Source of the DNA: Botryllus schlosseri
Taxonomy: Eukaryota
Direction of reading: 5' to 3'
Assembly: GCA_051294905.1 (NCBI GenBank)
Contig: CM119371.1
Coordinates: 1,426,001-1,490,000 of the forward strand
Length of the DNA: 64,000 bases
A program made the position numbers and the translations under genes. The notes beneath the pieces were generated by a model. It did no database searches. It was not told the DNA's origin and worked only from the letters and a program-made list of their open reading frames with translations. Positions within the stretch are counted from its first letter, which is position 1, and each line of letters starts with the position of its first letter. Below, in pieces: positions 1-12,839 of the stretch.

Positions 1-439
1 ATATGTAGAAGTGGATAATATAATTATGACACCAAAATATAATTCTAACATCTGTGGTCGCACTCCTTTTGTGCTTATGAGTCAACATCTCCTTGGCTTC
101 CAGAGAAACCCGAATCAAGATGTAAAAATGATGAAGCAAATTTCAAAGTCTACGTTTACGGTTAAATCGCTCGTATTCCTCACAACGCTTACACAGGATT
201 GTCAGATGGCGACTAAAACAAAGCAAGCATGGCATTTCGCCAACGTATATCGTTGGTCCGGCCATTCATCGTAATTTCGCCAATTCGGTTGTTTGCGAAT
301 AATAAAGGTATTGATGGAATAGAACCAGATGGCCGTGATATAACGTGATTATTATAATGCGTATAGGCTTTATAATCAAGTATTCAAGTGAAAAACAAGG
401 GTGTTGATTTTAAGGAAATATTTTGGAATCATTTGACTG

Positions 440-499
440 GTCCGGCCCGCGAATGCTCTGAAAGTTTGACCATGACCCGCGACGACAGTTGAGTTTGAC
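440..499. mobile_element. Right end of a Buster/Charlie-type hAT MITE
   Basis: GGCCCGCG subterminal motif then AGTTTGACACCCCTG (TIR CAGGGGTGTCAAACT); the same end recurs at about 35280-35340. Confidence 0.6.
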
Positions 500-694
500 A
501 CCCCTGCTTCAGATGAATAAATTACCAGGAATCACGAACTCCGCAACTGCGGTGGATATCTCGGGCATGGAATGGAACTTAATTCATGTGGATGGGACAC
601 GTACTGTGCGGCAGAACTCAATGATAAATGTGCGATGGTGTGAGGAGAACGTTCAGTATATCAAATGCAACTAAAACTGGATGATAAGTACTAC

Positions 695-3600
695 CTTCTT
701 TTGCTGACAAGCTTCTAACGTCTTCCAGAATTCATCTGCTTCTCCAACGTAAAACATGGCATGGATATTGCCAAAAACGGAAATTGCTGTCCTGCGCTCC
801 AAAATTCGGCTGTAATCCTGGTCAGGTATCAGGCCATTCACGGCAATATCCAGGAGATCCAACTAAAATGCAAAAACAGTTTATCCCGGACTCAAATATA
901 GCCGCGGAAGAGATGATTGGTTTCAAGTCGTATAAAATGATAGGTAAATATACATGCGTTTAAAAATACTTTGGGAATAGAATCAGGAATCATACTTGAT
1001 ACTTTTTCCAGCAAGTCTCAATCAGCGTCCAATCAATGATTTCTTCTTTTTCTGTGCAATCGAGCAGGATCTTGCTTATCTAAACACAATATTGATTTCA
1101 TTACGTAAGATGACGAAATTGTCTGCATGTTTTCCTATTTGAATAATTATTCATATCGGTAAAGTTCAATACTGATCCATTAGAATTCTTCGATTCTCCA
1201 TAATGCATATGCTACATCAGTATTAGTCTCATTCCAGAGAATTATTTTATCTCAAGTAGAAGTGAAAGTAGCGATTCACAATTAGGTAAAATATAATTAT
1301 TGCAGGCCTAGTTTTGCATGAAAATGAAATCTGCCAAATAGAAGTAGTATGAAATCTTAACCACTTGAGTACGCAGGAAAAGTAGGATAAATCTACCTGA
1401 AGTATTACGACAAGTAGAAGTACATTGTTACTGACCACCTCTAGATAAATGTTGTAAGGAACGCTGGATAGCCTATGTAACGATGTCGCTTATGTTTACG
1501 CCAGTGGTTCCCAACCTGTGGTACGCGTACCACTAGTGGTACGCGAAGGTCTTCCAGGTGGTACGCGAGTAGATTCTGTTTTTCTTTTCGACCGAAGCAA
1601 GTTATTAGTTTAGTTGGGTTGATTTTGAATTTTTTCAATGTTTTTTGACTAGTGGTGAAAAAACAATTCCATGCATCTCATCAACCCGGGCTGATAATGC
1701 CTAGTTCAATTGAATTTGTTATTACTAGGGCGATTTTTCTTTACAAAATTGAGCGTGAAGTCAAAAAATTGTCAAAATTGTTCACAAAGTCAAAATTTTT
1801 CGGACCCCTCCATTTCGTTTGTATCATAGATTTTGATATTTTACAGCTGGTAGCCCACTTTATAGGCCTACCGTTGTAGGCGGCCCATTGTCTGCTCATC
1901 GTGGATCATAAACTGTCAAAAGAAACAAATAGGCTGACAATTGATATGTTGTTATGCTCAGCGTACCGCAATATCCTAACTGAAGCAAAACTGCTTGACA
2001 TTGCATGGTTATTTTATCAAGAAGCGCATGATGAAAAATTGTGATGCATGACAACATTGTCAGTATGAAGCAACAAGTTGTGTGACCAGCAATGTACGCA
2101 CAGCTTCAGTGGTGTCAGCCAACAACTACTGCTGTTAAACGGTATTTCTCCATTCTTGGCAAGTCAGGACAGACACTTTCTACCCGAGAATGTAAGAAAG
2201 TATATCTCGTTGTACTACAACGAATTTTAATTATCTCTACCATAATACGTGGTGTAACTACTGGGCCAGATATCTTTAAAATGAAGTTTTTCCATGTCAA
2301 AATTTGTCAATTTTTACGTCAAAAACGCTTTTTCGCAAGGACAGACAGTCCCAACCAGAAATGAATATAAGTAGTACAATTTTAACAATATGTGCGAAAA
2401 TACCTAATTTGCGTACGTGAAGTTAAAATCAAGTATTTTTAGGTCAAAATCCTCCGATTTTTAGGTAAAAAATCGTCCTAGTTATTACACCTCACTTAGC
2501 TCAAATACGTGAGTATGACGTCATAAATGGTGAAAACATTTTTGACCGCCAACGGCGTGCGTAAATTATGTAGGTGGTACGCGAGCACTGCATAAAACCT
2601 CGAAGTGGTACGTGGGTGGAAAAAGGTTGGGAACCACTGGTTTACGCAAAGGATTAATTTTATCCAGACAGTAAAACATCTTACAATCTGCGTAAAAACT
2701 TGCACGGACAGAAGCATACCCTATGTTAAATTTTATCTACCTGCTTTCGAAACCAACATTTCGAGCTGGCATTGTTGTTTTTCGCCTCAGACTGCTCCAA
2801 TGCTTGAGCGCACATTACGAGGTGAACAGTAACGATCTGCTTTTATTTCTTGAAAGTGAGTGGATATACCGATTTCACTTATGAAATTGATGCAAAATTA
2901 TGCCTGAAAGGGGCACTGCACTCTAAAAATGATGTGGTCTTAAATTGAATGGCAAAACGAAAATAAAAATTTGGCCACATCCATTTTCTTCAGAACGCCA
3001 CCGTAATGGAGCTGCAATTTATTGAAATTTCCACAGGACCTTCACGCTTCAGCAGTCATACAGAGATCGAACTTTATATAGTTGTCAGTCAATGTTATGA
3101 AGGAAATATGTCGTACATGTCAAGGTGGTTTAAATACCGTGTTCAACGGAAGATGCTCAGTGAGGAGATTTATGTCAAAATTGGGCATAGTGTAATCTAT
3201 TTCTTCAGGACAGAAATAGATGATGCTCAACAATTTTCTTATAAATAAACAATATTTTATGCATAAGAATAAGACATGATTTTAGACTACTTTCACACAA
3301 AATTGCTTACTTTTCACGGAATGGATTTTGATAGATAGAAAGTGATTGAGTTACGTTTGTATCACTGTGATGTGTGAAATCGTCTCAAGAAATCGCAATA
3401 GACATCATGGTAACTGTTGAAGCTAATTTCCAAGATTATACAAATTTGCAATAATAATCATTTTTAGTTACTCGCAGAGACTCATCTTGTAATTTACAAA
3501 GTAACCGCTAGCGATAAATCACAAAACACTTACGAGCGATCGACCAAAACTACTTTTCGAAAAGCAAGTACTTTTCACACTTGTCACTTTCTACCTCAAC

Positions 3601-4711
3601 TTGAAGTAGTTTTAACACATCGTGGACACATCTATTTCTCCATATAATTGCATATAAAATTAAAACGTATCTTCTACTCATCACGATTATCAAGGCTGAC
3701 TACTTTCGCCACATCTACGTACAATCGAGACCCGACTCGCAATACTAGAGATGCAAGTAGAGTAGAAATTGAGAATGGAAGTTTTTGTCGAACAGTGATG
3801 AGCGGATTTGAAATTTCAAAATACAAATCCTCTTCAAATCCATAATTAAATTTGTCTTAACTCCAAGTACAAATCCGATAACGGCTGAAATTTGTCCAAA
3901 AGTATCATGGAAATAAAACAATATCAGGAAATATTTTACAATAATATAATAGGAAATGTATGTAATACCTTGTTTGATTTACACTCGGATAATTTCTGCA
4001 AATCATCCCGCTTGGCGAACAGTTGTATTTGTCTTTTAAAGTTGATAAATTCAGCATCAAAAAGTATTCCAAGAAATGCAACGTATGCTACGGTATAAAC
4101 CCGGTTGAACGATAGATTGGAATCCTGCAAAAATAAAAATGTAAGTTACGTCACAATCTGCTTCAATACGAAACACTCAGAGGTACGATCATACATGAGC
4201 AGATTATTGTTACTATTCAATTCTAGTGCGGGTGAAGCGATGGCTATGATGCTTGTCCGTTGGAAAATGCGATGTGAAAGAAACACAATCCTTATATTTT
4301 TAAAGATGTAACCTAACATTTCGAATGGACTTGATCATCAAAGTACAGTGCCGACAATTCTTTTAATAAATTCATCAGGTAAAAACTCTTTACTTATAAA
4401 ATCAGCACGAGTTGTTAGCTTACTATTCTCAACAAAAGCATCTCGTCTCCATGACGCTTCTGATTACGTCATAAGCTACATCCTGGCTATACTACACGGC
4501 AAGGTGATCGTTGTACGTGCCTAGTGTAGCTGGCAGCTTCGTACAGTAAAGTCAGTGAAATGAGCGAAACTTCATTCGAATCATTAGTATGGACTCGTTA
4601 TCAAAGTTGAATAATCTTGATATCAAACCTTGATGGTGAAGTGCCCATCAACCATTGTACCACTTATTGTGATGATGTCTTCTTCGTTCTTCAATTCAAT
4701 CCCCCATATAT
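695..4711 (-). pseudogene. Multi-exon protein-coding gene of unknown family, probably decayed; likely continues beyond these coordinates
   Basis: Clean AG/GT-bounded open exons: 4711-4629 (IWGIELKNEED...FTIK), 4124-3969 (DSNLSFNRVY...KSNK, 52 aa), 2836-2741 (IVTVHLV...FRKQ, 32 aa), 1079-996 (ISKILL...KKYQ, 28 aa), 862-695 (LDLLDIAVNG...QQKK, 56 aa); most are phase 0-0. Intervening exon-like blocks (4480-4320, 3884-3600, 3245-2960, 1260-1110) stay open only with frameshifts or across stops. Confidence 0.55.
1502..2639 (+). mobile_element. Non-autonomous hAT (Buster/Charlie) element with transposase C-terminal relic
   Basis: TIRs CAGTGGTTCCCAACCT / AGGTTGGGAACCACTG; perfect 8-bp TSD GTTTACGC; GTGGTACGCG subterminal repeats; ORF 2092-2364 has CQPTTTAVKRYFSIL, resembling the hAT dimerisation-domain P..S...ER.FS motif. 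Confidence 0.9.
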
Positions 4712-5235
4712 CTGCAGACAGGTTGACAACCTGAATATTATGCAGATGTGAAACTTGGGATTGTGCATTGTATCGATCATCCAACAAATATCATGACGTC
4801 ATATCTTACATACAGTAACAACCGCAGTATCACAGATCATCATGTCATTCATGTGCTATATTTCGTTGACACGGGTCACAGATTTCACTGACGTTTTTGC
4901 CGGTGGTGGTATTTTGCTAATTTAGTGGCTCGATATCTCCAAAAATACTTGTTTATATGAGGTAAGAAGTATAATGGCGGAATCCGTAGAAAAAGTAGAT
5001 TATGGATACGAAGATATTTTGGGCAATATAGTTGACCTTTAATCAAATCGTAAACACCCGGAACCGTATTCCTGCATTGACACGAATTCATGAGCTGTTT
5101 TCGTTTTTTAATCGTAGCGCGAAAATGGACAGTTTCCTATTGTGAGCATATAAATCGGAATTACTCCATGGACATCATAGTGAGTCCTATATTACAAGGG
5201 AAATAAAACACTGAAGTCAAAAACGCTGTTATAAT

Positions 5236-5757
5236 TAGGGCTGAGCACAATGATTCGAGTGCACAAATCTGAATCGAATATCAATTTTGATGATTCAGGC
5301 CGAGTGGTAAAAGTCGTTTCTCAAGTATAGAAATTGTGCGTTCGTCGACACTGAAAGTTCCTTTATTGACAAAAATTGTGGTTTTGACAGTATTTTTCAC
5401 TTTTGAAGCCGTGAAATCACGATTGGTCGCATAGCAGCATATCAAACATATTGCACAAAGTTACGAACATTACTGGAATAACAAATTTTCAAAGTCATGA
5501 TCATGGCCTGAAATTGCAACAAACTGCAATGAAATTGGTACGTTCGAAAAACTACCGAATAATCTTTTTTGTGATACATAACAACAGTCATTATATTATT
5601 TAAAGTGACATAAAAGGTTCATATTTGAACTTTGACATATTATATTCTGTTATGACGTCATAACATAACGAGTGATACTCGAACAGTCGACTCGACTCTA
5701 AGCCTTATATGTGATTTAGAATTAAATCACTCAGATACTCGATTTTTCCCAGCCCTA
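5236..5757. mobile_element. hAT MITE, TAGGGCTG-ended family
   Basis: TAGGGCTG...CAGCCCTA ends; perfect TSD GTTATAAT; inverted homologues at 41104-41492 and 60632-61089. Confidence 0.9.
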
Positions 5758-6272
5758 GTTATAATCAGTGAACAATTTCGTCATGCAATGTCAAAATGAT
5801 CGTGTTGGTCTGAAAACCAGATGCGCACTTTGTTGAATAGGAGCAGTAATACTCTGTTGCGCACTAATTCATGTCGACATGCACACTTCTGAATTTTGAC
5901 GATGCTGACAATGTTACTTTTATTTACGCAGTGTGTTTTGTAGGGGCACGCGCCGTTTGCTTACGTAAATGTGACATAGTTTTTCAAAATATTGATGAAC
6001 AATTTGATCGTCGTCAGACTGCCTGGTATCGATCACACCAATATCGAATTTCATTACATTGCATTCATTTCATTCATTGTCAATGTAGTAGAAAGTTGAT
6101 TTTTGTTGATGACGTCGTGATATTAGCTCAGCGCTCTTATTTCTGCCACTACTTTACATAATCCCACATTTCACGAAATTCGATTACATAGCTCGATATT
6201 AATGACACAGTGCGGATATTAAAACATCATATCAGTGGGTAAATACTCTACGGCTTCGGGATGAAAGCAGAG

Positions 6273-7082
6273 TAGGACTGTTAAAAAAATTCTTCAGAAT
6301 CTACTGGATATGTGATAAAATTGTTAGGTTGGTTGAAACAACGCAGTAAACCAAATTTGGCTTCAAGTCCAACCAGTAGAAGCAAGAGTCTTGCTGTAAA
6401 AAGTTTTGAATTTATAATTAAAAAAATTCAAAGTTTTTCTTTCAACCCCATAAAATTGTTAGGCAATCAGTAGTGATGATACCAAATTTGGCTCAATTCC
6501 AACCGCTAGGAGCGAAGTTATTGCCGTAGTAAAATTTCCAATTCCATGATTTTATAGGAAATAATAATAGCTTTCAATACAACATCCATTGTAGTACAAT
6601 ATTTAAACTCAAATACTTTTCGGGACACTAAACCAAATCTATTTAACTCCCTTCTTGAAAGCGGCAACTAAAAAGTCTTCGAGTTCAATAAATATTCTAC
6701 TACAATGGATTTTGTATTGAAAGCTATATTCAAGTTCTGTACCACGAATCACCTATTTCAATAAATGATGAAAGAGTTAGCTACCGTAAAATTATTTTAT
6801 TCGAGTCTAAATTTTTTTCTATCGCAACAACTTAGCTTCTACTGGTTGGAATTAAGCCACATTTGGTCTGCATCGTCTCTACTGACAGCCCAACAATTTT
6901 ACGATATTGACAGAAAAATTTTAAAATATATTTTTGTAATGATAAATCCAAAATATTCTACTGCAAGAAAATCGCTTCTGCAGGTTGCAATTGATTAAAA
7001 GTTGGCGTGCAGCGTTGTTTTCGCCAACCTAACAATTTTATAACATAGCCGAAGAAATCGGAAGGTTTTTTGAACAGCCCTA
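6273..7082. mobile_element. hAT-type MITE with long (>130 bp) imperfect inverted arms
   Basis: TAGGACTGTTAAAAAA...TTTTTTGAACAGCCCTA; arms share TATGTKATAAAATTGTTAGGTTGG; TSD AAGCAGAG/ATGCAGAG (7/8); internal motif TTGGAATTGAACCAAATTT also at 41840-42040 and 58620-58680. Confidence 0.8.
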
Positions 7083-10000
7083 ATGCAGAGAATGTATGTA
7101 TAATGCTTTCTATCATTGACTATGGCGTCACCAATCACATGCGATTGTCACGTCACAAGTCACGCATACCCACATAAAATTATAGTGGCTTGTTAGTGCA
7201 CAACTAAATCATAGAATGGATCTCACTTCCCAATCCAATTTTCCAGATAGCGATTCAATCCAACGATGTCCGAGAAGTGAACGCAGTGCTGTTGCTGAGA
7301 ACTTATTGTCACACAAATTCACTTTCTTCACCTGGAATGATGAATGAAATATGATTACAATGTCTGCCAATATCATGTCAAAATATCAGAGCTTTGCACA
7401 GACTTATTCAGGATATATTTAGGAAGCTGAATATGTTCAACATCATTGCGATCCCCATAATAAAGGCAAACGACCCTAGGTTTAGAGCCACGGTCTTTTA
7501 CTAATCCATTCAAACGGCTTCAATCAATACACCGTAGTCTATAATTGAGATTACGATTTGATTTCAGTGAATGGCTAATTTTATTCACTTTCGATTTCAT
7601 TTTTGCGAGCGAGGCGGCCACAGTAGGATCAACTGCAATTTTGAATTGAGCTGCATGTAATTATATAAATTTTTTCATCTTATTCTAATTGTCATTGAAG
7701 CATTTCTATTCTGTGTAATTGTAATTTGATAAAACTTTTACTAATTACAATTTCAATTGCATTGTTATTAAAACCTGACAATCACAACATAAAATACTTA
7801 GCCTATTAACATGGGTGTTCTATGCGTACCTCGTTAACTAATTCAGCCATACTATACTGTTTCCGATAGGCCAACTTCAGCTCCAACATAAAACTTGGTG
7901 AATTACAATATAGGCTATCGAACAAAATCTTACTATTTCATAATTGGACGAAAAGGGAATAAACTCGTCTGTAATCCGTGCTGAACCATTTCCTACACCA
8001 CAGTAAGTGTTTTTTGAAATATCTTCCCAGTACTGAGGCTTGCTACCGCAATTGCAAAAAGAAATTAAAGTTTTCAACCAAGACTTCATCACGCTGGATC
8101 ACACATTTGTAGATATGTTATCCCAGTCTTACCTCATATCTTAGCCTAATTTACTGGGGCCAGAACCTTTCCGCATACTAATGTTCATCAAATGCAATCG
8201 AACAGTTTCGAGCAAGTGAAAATGTAGCTGCGAAACAAAATTTTGTAATTGGTAGTTATCAGGGGCTTCTTTACTTTTCCATTTATTTTAATTTTACTCA
8301 CCTTATCGGTATCATCCTTATCGCCTAACCAATTACATTTCATTCACCTTACTCAGCTCTGAGTATTTGTTTGAGTACATTTCATTGACTGTCTTGTATC
8401 ATATTCGCTATTAACCGTTGCCAGTCGCTCGAACTTTTGATTGTTAGTAGTCGCTTATAAAAAAAAATCAAAGCGCAAAATGGGAGGTAAGGCACAGGAC
8501 GGGACAAGCCTCCTTTATATTAGCGCAATAATCCATCGTAAATAGCTTTGAATCTATAACCGATATTAGTAGAATTGAATTGTCTCACTGATCCCAAAAA
8601 TCTAGATATTGATCGACTTCTCAAGTCTAAAAGTATTCAACGGTGACATAACGTTGCGCTATACGCCTACAATTTAGCGGCGGTAGTAGAAAAGTACTTT
8701 TAGCAATTAAGAACGTGGATATCGCTATGGTACTGTTCGTAAGTTGAATTTGTAAACGTGCATGTCACTTGCACGGCAGTTCATTTGTCGCAGCAGATCC
8801 AGACGAAAGTAAAGTGGGTCATTTTGATTCACAAATGATTTACGACATTACAGAAATTTCAGACTGCGCTAAGATACTATATTTCATAAGATTTGTTTGA
8901 CAAACACTGCGCACTTCCGCGTTTTCGATGTACGCAGATCGTGCAGCACGCGTGAAGATAGTTCTACTGGCATCCACCCGCAGTTCAAGTCTATAGTTCC
9001 AAGCTTTCGCCAAACCGGTATGATTACCTCTAGGGTTGGAAAATCTGCTTACTGATATAGTTTTATCAATTTTACTTCTCATTTATCAAATTGGCTTGTA
9101 ACAACGTTTTGCTACAAGCCCATATTTCAACTTCAGTGCAGGCACGTTATCTAACAATCACAATATGGATGGCTGGTTCCTAATTTGGATTGGTCAACGT
9201 TAACATCACTCCTAAATGAGTTCATTTCTACAGGGGCACTGTCATGTATGCTGTGACGAATAAACGTATTGTGCAAAAGCTAATCCAGCCTTCAAAGCAA
9301 TATGGCGTTGAAAGCGAACTACGATTAGATATTGATTGCCTGCATGACCGCAATTTTGATTTGTCAAATATACAAACTTCACATCGAACCCGATTTAGAT
9401 TATTGATCGTTTGCTATAGACTAGAAGTATTATACGTATAATTTCAAAATTTGCCGAATCTCTCGCGGCAGCCTCGCGAGACGTGAATGACACAAAAGTT
9501 TGCCGCAGTACACCGGTTGTAAACCACTGCCCTAGTCGTTCGTTTACTCTTTCAGTCCAAACAACTAGGTCGTCTAAATTCACTGTTGCAATTGTTATGC
9601 CACGTGGGCCTGTATATTGGATCACAAATTCGCTGCTGTGTGCGACGTTACTAGTTCCTGCACATTCAGAAAACAAACTGGCTATCAGGTTGTGGAATAA
9701 TTTTCCCCTAATAGCAGGGCTGTAATGACAAGAGTCATTACTCGACTCGAGTCACGATCTAGCCAATGTGAGGTCTACTAGCGTCATATATTGCGCAAAA
9801 TTTGCCAATTTTTTCCGCCCAGCAATTACATTAGGTCAATCGTCATTCGCGCGATCCTTGATTGACTCTGGATTAGTTTTTTTGAGACAGCAGTGGATGT
9901 CTATGTTCAGCCATCGGTTCGTGATATTGATTAAAATACTCCTGATATAGGCTATATCACGTATGTTCATTGAGCAGGTTGCTACTATATCGCTCCCATC

Positions 10001-10215
10001 GAATATGAAATTAAAAATTGCTATTTATTCCGCAATAGGCCTAAGCGACGTGAAATTATGATACCAAAGCGATTGCTACGAACAGTGCACCGCCGCGAAA
10101 AGATGTGAATATTGCACCATATCTGGAGAGGATAGACTTCACAATGACATGAATTCCAGATTAACAAATAATATAGTTTTCCTACGAAAGGAATCATTTA
10201 AAAAGTATGACTCAC

Positions 10216-10526
10216 TTGTATTCGATTTACCAAACACCTCGCAATGATGCCCAAAATCTCGTCGTCGATACTGCAGTTCCATAATATCAAAGAACCAAGG
10301 CTTTGATTCCTTGCTGCAAGCGATCCAACGATGTGAGCCTCATCGCGATTCAATGAGATATAAGATGCGTCGATAACGGAAAGATCTTTCATAAGATTGT
10401 CGTCGCCCGATTCGTAGATTGCTGTATATAGTTCCATGCGGACGAATTTGTCGTATTTTCCAGTCTTCTGAAGTCGCGAGCGGATCGACCGAGCAAGATT
10501 TTGTCGCTTCTGTGTTTGATCCGAGA
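10216..10526 (-). CDS. NLR exon: end of helical domain plus first RI-type LRR
   Basis: Acceptor TTGACAG (phase 1, matching the NACHT exon donor) and donor GTGAGT; encodes VSDQTQKRQNLARS...LGSLILWNCSIDDEILGIIARCLVNRIQ with an LxxLxLxxCxIxD LRR pattern. Confidence 0.85.
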
Positions 10527-10786
10527 CTGTCAAGCAATGCACAATGTCGTTGTATTCTTAATTATTCTTGCTTTACCGTTTACTTAACAATTGAATAATT
10601 CACGCGACTGTGATGAGCCAGGGTTCAGATGAAGTCATTGAACTCTAATGTCTAGTTCACAATAACATGAGCATTTCATGCGCATCAATATCGCATATGT
10701 TCGACTAAGATCAGCTCCAGAATTCATACTTAAGTGTTGGAGGTTTATTTAGGCTCACCCTCCGGAAGCTGTATCTTTCAAAAAAC

Positions 10787-10910
10787 TTAGAAGTGGGCCG
10801 TGCTACAAGTCAGCGGATGCGAAAACAAAAATACAAAATATCGGCCTGGCGTAAATGACACCTTTAGTCGACAGACACCATAAATACACGAAACAAACAA
10901 ACAAACAATG
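10787..10910 (+). mobile_element. SINE 3' region with (AAAC)n tail
   Basis: AGAAGTGGGCCGTGCTAC...AATATCGGCCTGGCGTAAATGAC...ACACCA...AAACAAACAAAC; homologues at about 28610-28725 (minus) and 42880-42995. Confidence 0.65.
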
Positions 10911-11170
10911 TCACATAGTGATCATCGATGAGCCCTGGTAGCGCTCACGATCAATAATCTGTGAAGTTATGCAGATTTTAGATACATAAGTTTTATTTAG
11001 CCGACTGAATGTAAAGACTTATTTACCGGCCGTGTATGAATTTAAGATCTTTCGACTATTTCACCCCTTCGATTGAGATGATACCATCAAATTCATGATA
11101 AACTATAAGCGACCCATAATAATCAATCGGTGCTGCGGCAGAATAGCCGCGAAAAATCATGATTACTCAC

Positions 11171-12712
11171 CGCTGTGAAGTTTGCTATTAGATTTCATGT
11201 AAACGATGCCTGTAACGAATCTTCGAACCACGGACCATCGTTTCTCATGTAGATGTTGGCCATCAAAGCGAGAGAACATTTCGAGCTCCATTTCCGAGAT
11301 AAAACCAGCTGCCAGAAATTCCTGCATGCTTTGATGACAGAAGAAGAATGTAAAGTCGCCTTCCATCAAGTGACGGCTGAGGATGTTGTTGCCAGGCACT
11401 TTCGTCATCAAATCCTGTACTTCGTCCGCGGAAACTCCAAACCGATCCAAATCTGACTTGTAGAATACGACTCGTCCGTCTTTCATGCCTTCAAACGCCA
11501 TTGCCTTCAATTTGTTGATAATCGAGAGGATTTCCTTACGGTTTCGGATATTTTCCACACTCTGTAAGACTAACATGATCCTGCTGTACAGTTCTGTCAC
11601 GGTAGACGGAGGAGGTCTATCTGGATCAATTCCCATCACCACTGCTATCAAAATCAGGAAAACCGGGACCGATACTAGTTGTATTAATCGCGGTGACATG
11701 ATTTCAATCTTTTTCCAGAGACGCTGCCCGTTCTCACAGAGCAGAAAAGTAAACAGTTTATAAGCGTCTTGCAGTGTGAGACCATTGAGTGTGATTATTT
11801 CTTCTGGACGTGCCTCTGCCGGTAACTCGGAGACTTTGAATTCACGTGACGCCACAATGATTTTGACATGGCGAAGGATTCTGCGTGATAGGATGTTGTA
11901 CATGATGGTTGAGGTGCTCGCTTTATCAAAGATTTTGATATTTCGTATGGTAGACTCCTCAAAGTCCCACTTTACTTGATCAAGCCCGTCAAAAATGATA
12001 AGTGCTTCGGATTGATTCTCGAGCAGCCATTTGAAAGATTCATCCTCTTCATACTCAGTTTCAAACAGACCGCCGAATAGAAATTTGGATGCTTTCATAC
12101 AGTTCTGTTCTTTCATGTTCTTCAATTCGACGTAATGTATCATTTTTTGCTTCGATTTCGGTTCGGAAGAAGATTGTTTACCTTTTTCAATACCAGAAGA
12201 AGTTCTGAGAGCCATTCGGACAAGTCTACGGAAGAGATTCGATTTCCTTAACGGAACCGCTTCATCCTTTACCTTCTCAGAGGGAATTTCAAGCGCTTTC
12301 CGTGCAATTCTACGCACAAGAGTAGTTTTGCCAGATCCCGCAGAGGCGACGATTGCAGTGTAACCAACTTTATTGTCAGGAGGTAATTTCTCAGACTTTG
12401 ACAGCCATTCCATTATCTTTTCCATTGTTATCGGTTTACCGTCATTGTCGGATTGACGGTAAAACCCGACTTCCTCTATCAACTGACTTTTAAAAGCTTT
12501 CCTTCTAGATTCAAGACCATATTCATCATCTGAAGATTTTTTTTCCCGACGGCCTTTGTAGTAGTCATCTACATTGAACTTTTTCATCTGCGGGAAAACT
12601 TCGAAGTCAGGTTCGTGAGGAAATTCATTCTTGAAATCTTCGCGAATTCCATTTGCCGTTTCTTGTCGAGTATGGTCGTTTATAACCTTTATCAATTTCC
12701 AGTAATCTACGC
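11171..12712 (-). CDS. NLR (NACHT-domain) protein, large central exon of 1542 nt
   Basis: ORF track 11163-12695; Walker A ASAGSGKTT, Walker B ALIIFDGLDQ, sensor IIVASR, winged-helix motif FFFCHQSMQEFLAA; polypyrimidine acceptor TTTTTCTGCAG at 12713 and donor G|GTGAGT at 11170. Confidence 0.93.
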
Positions 12713-12839
12713 CTGCAGAAAAATAAAATTATTGAAACTTTTATCAAGTATTGCGCAAAATTTAAAGGAGTAATTAAAAAAAAACATGCTATAAAACTAT
12801 TTATGGTGTGGTTCTCTTTGTTAGCAATTCTTATCAGTT

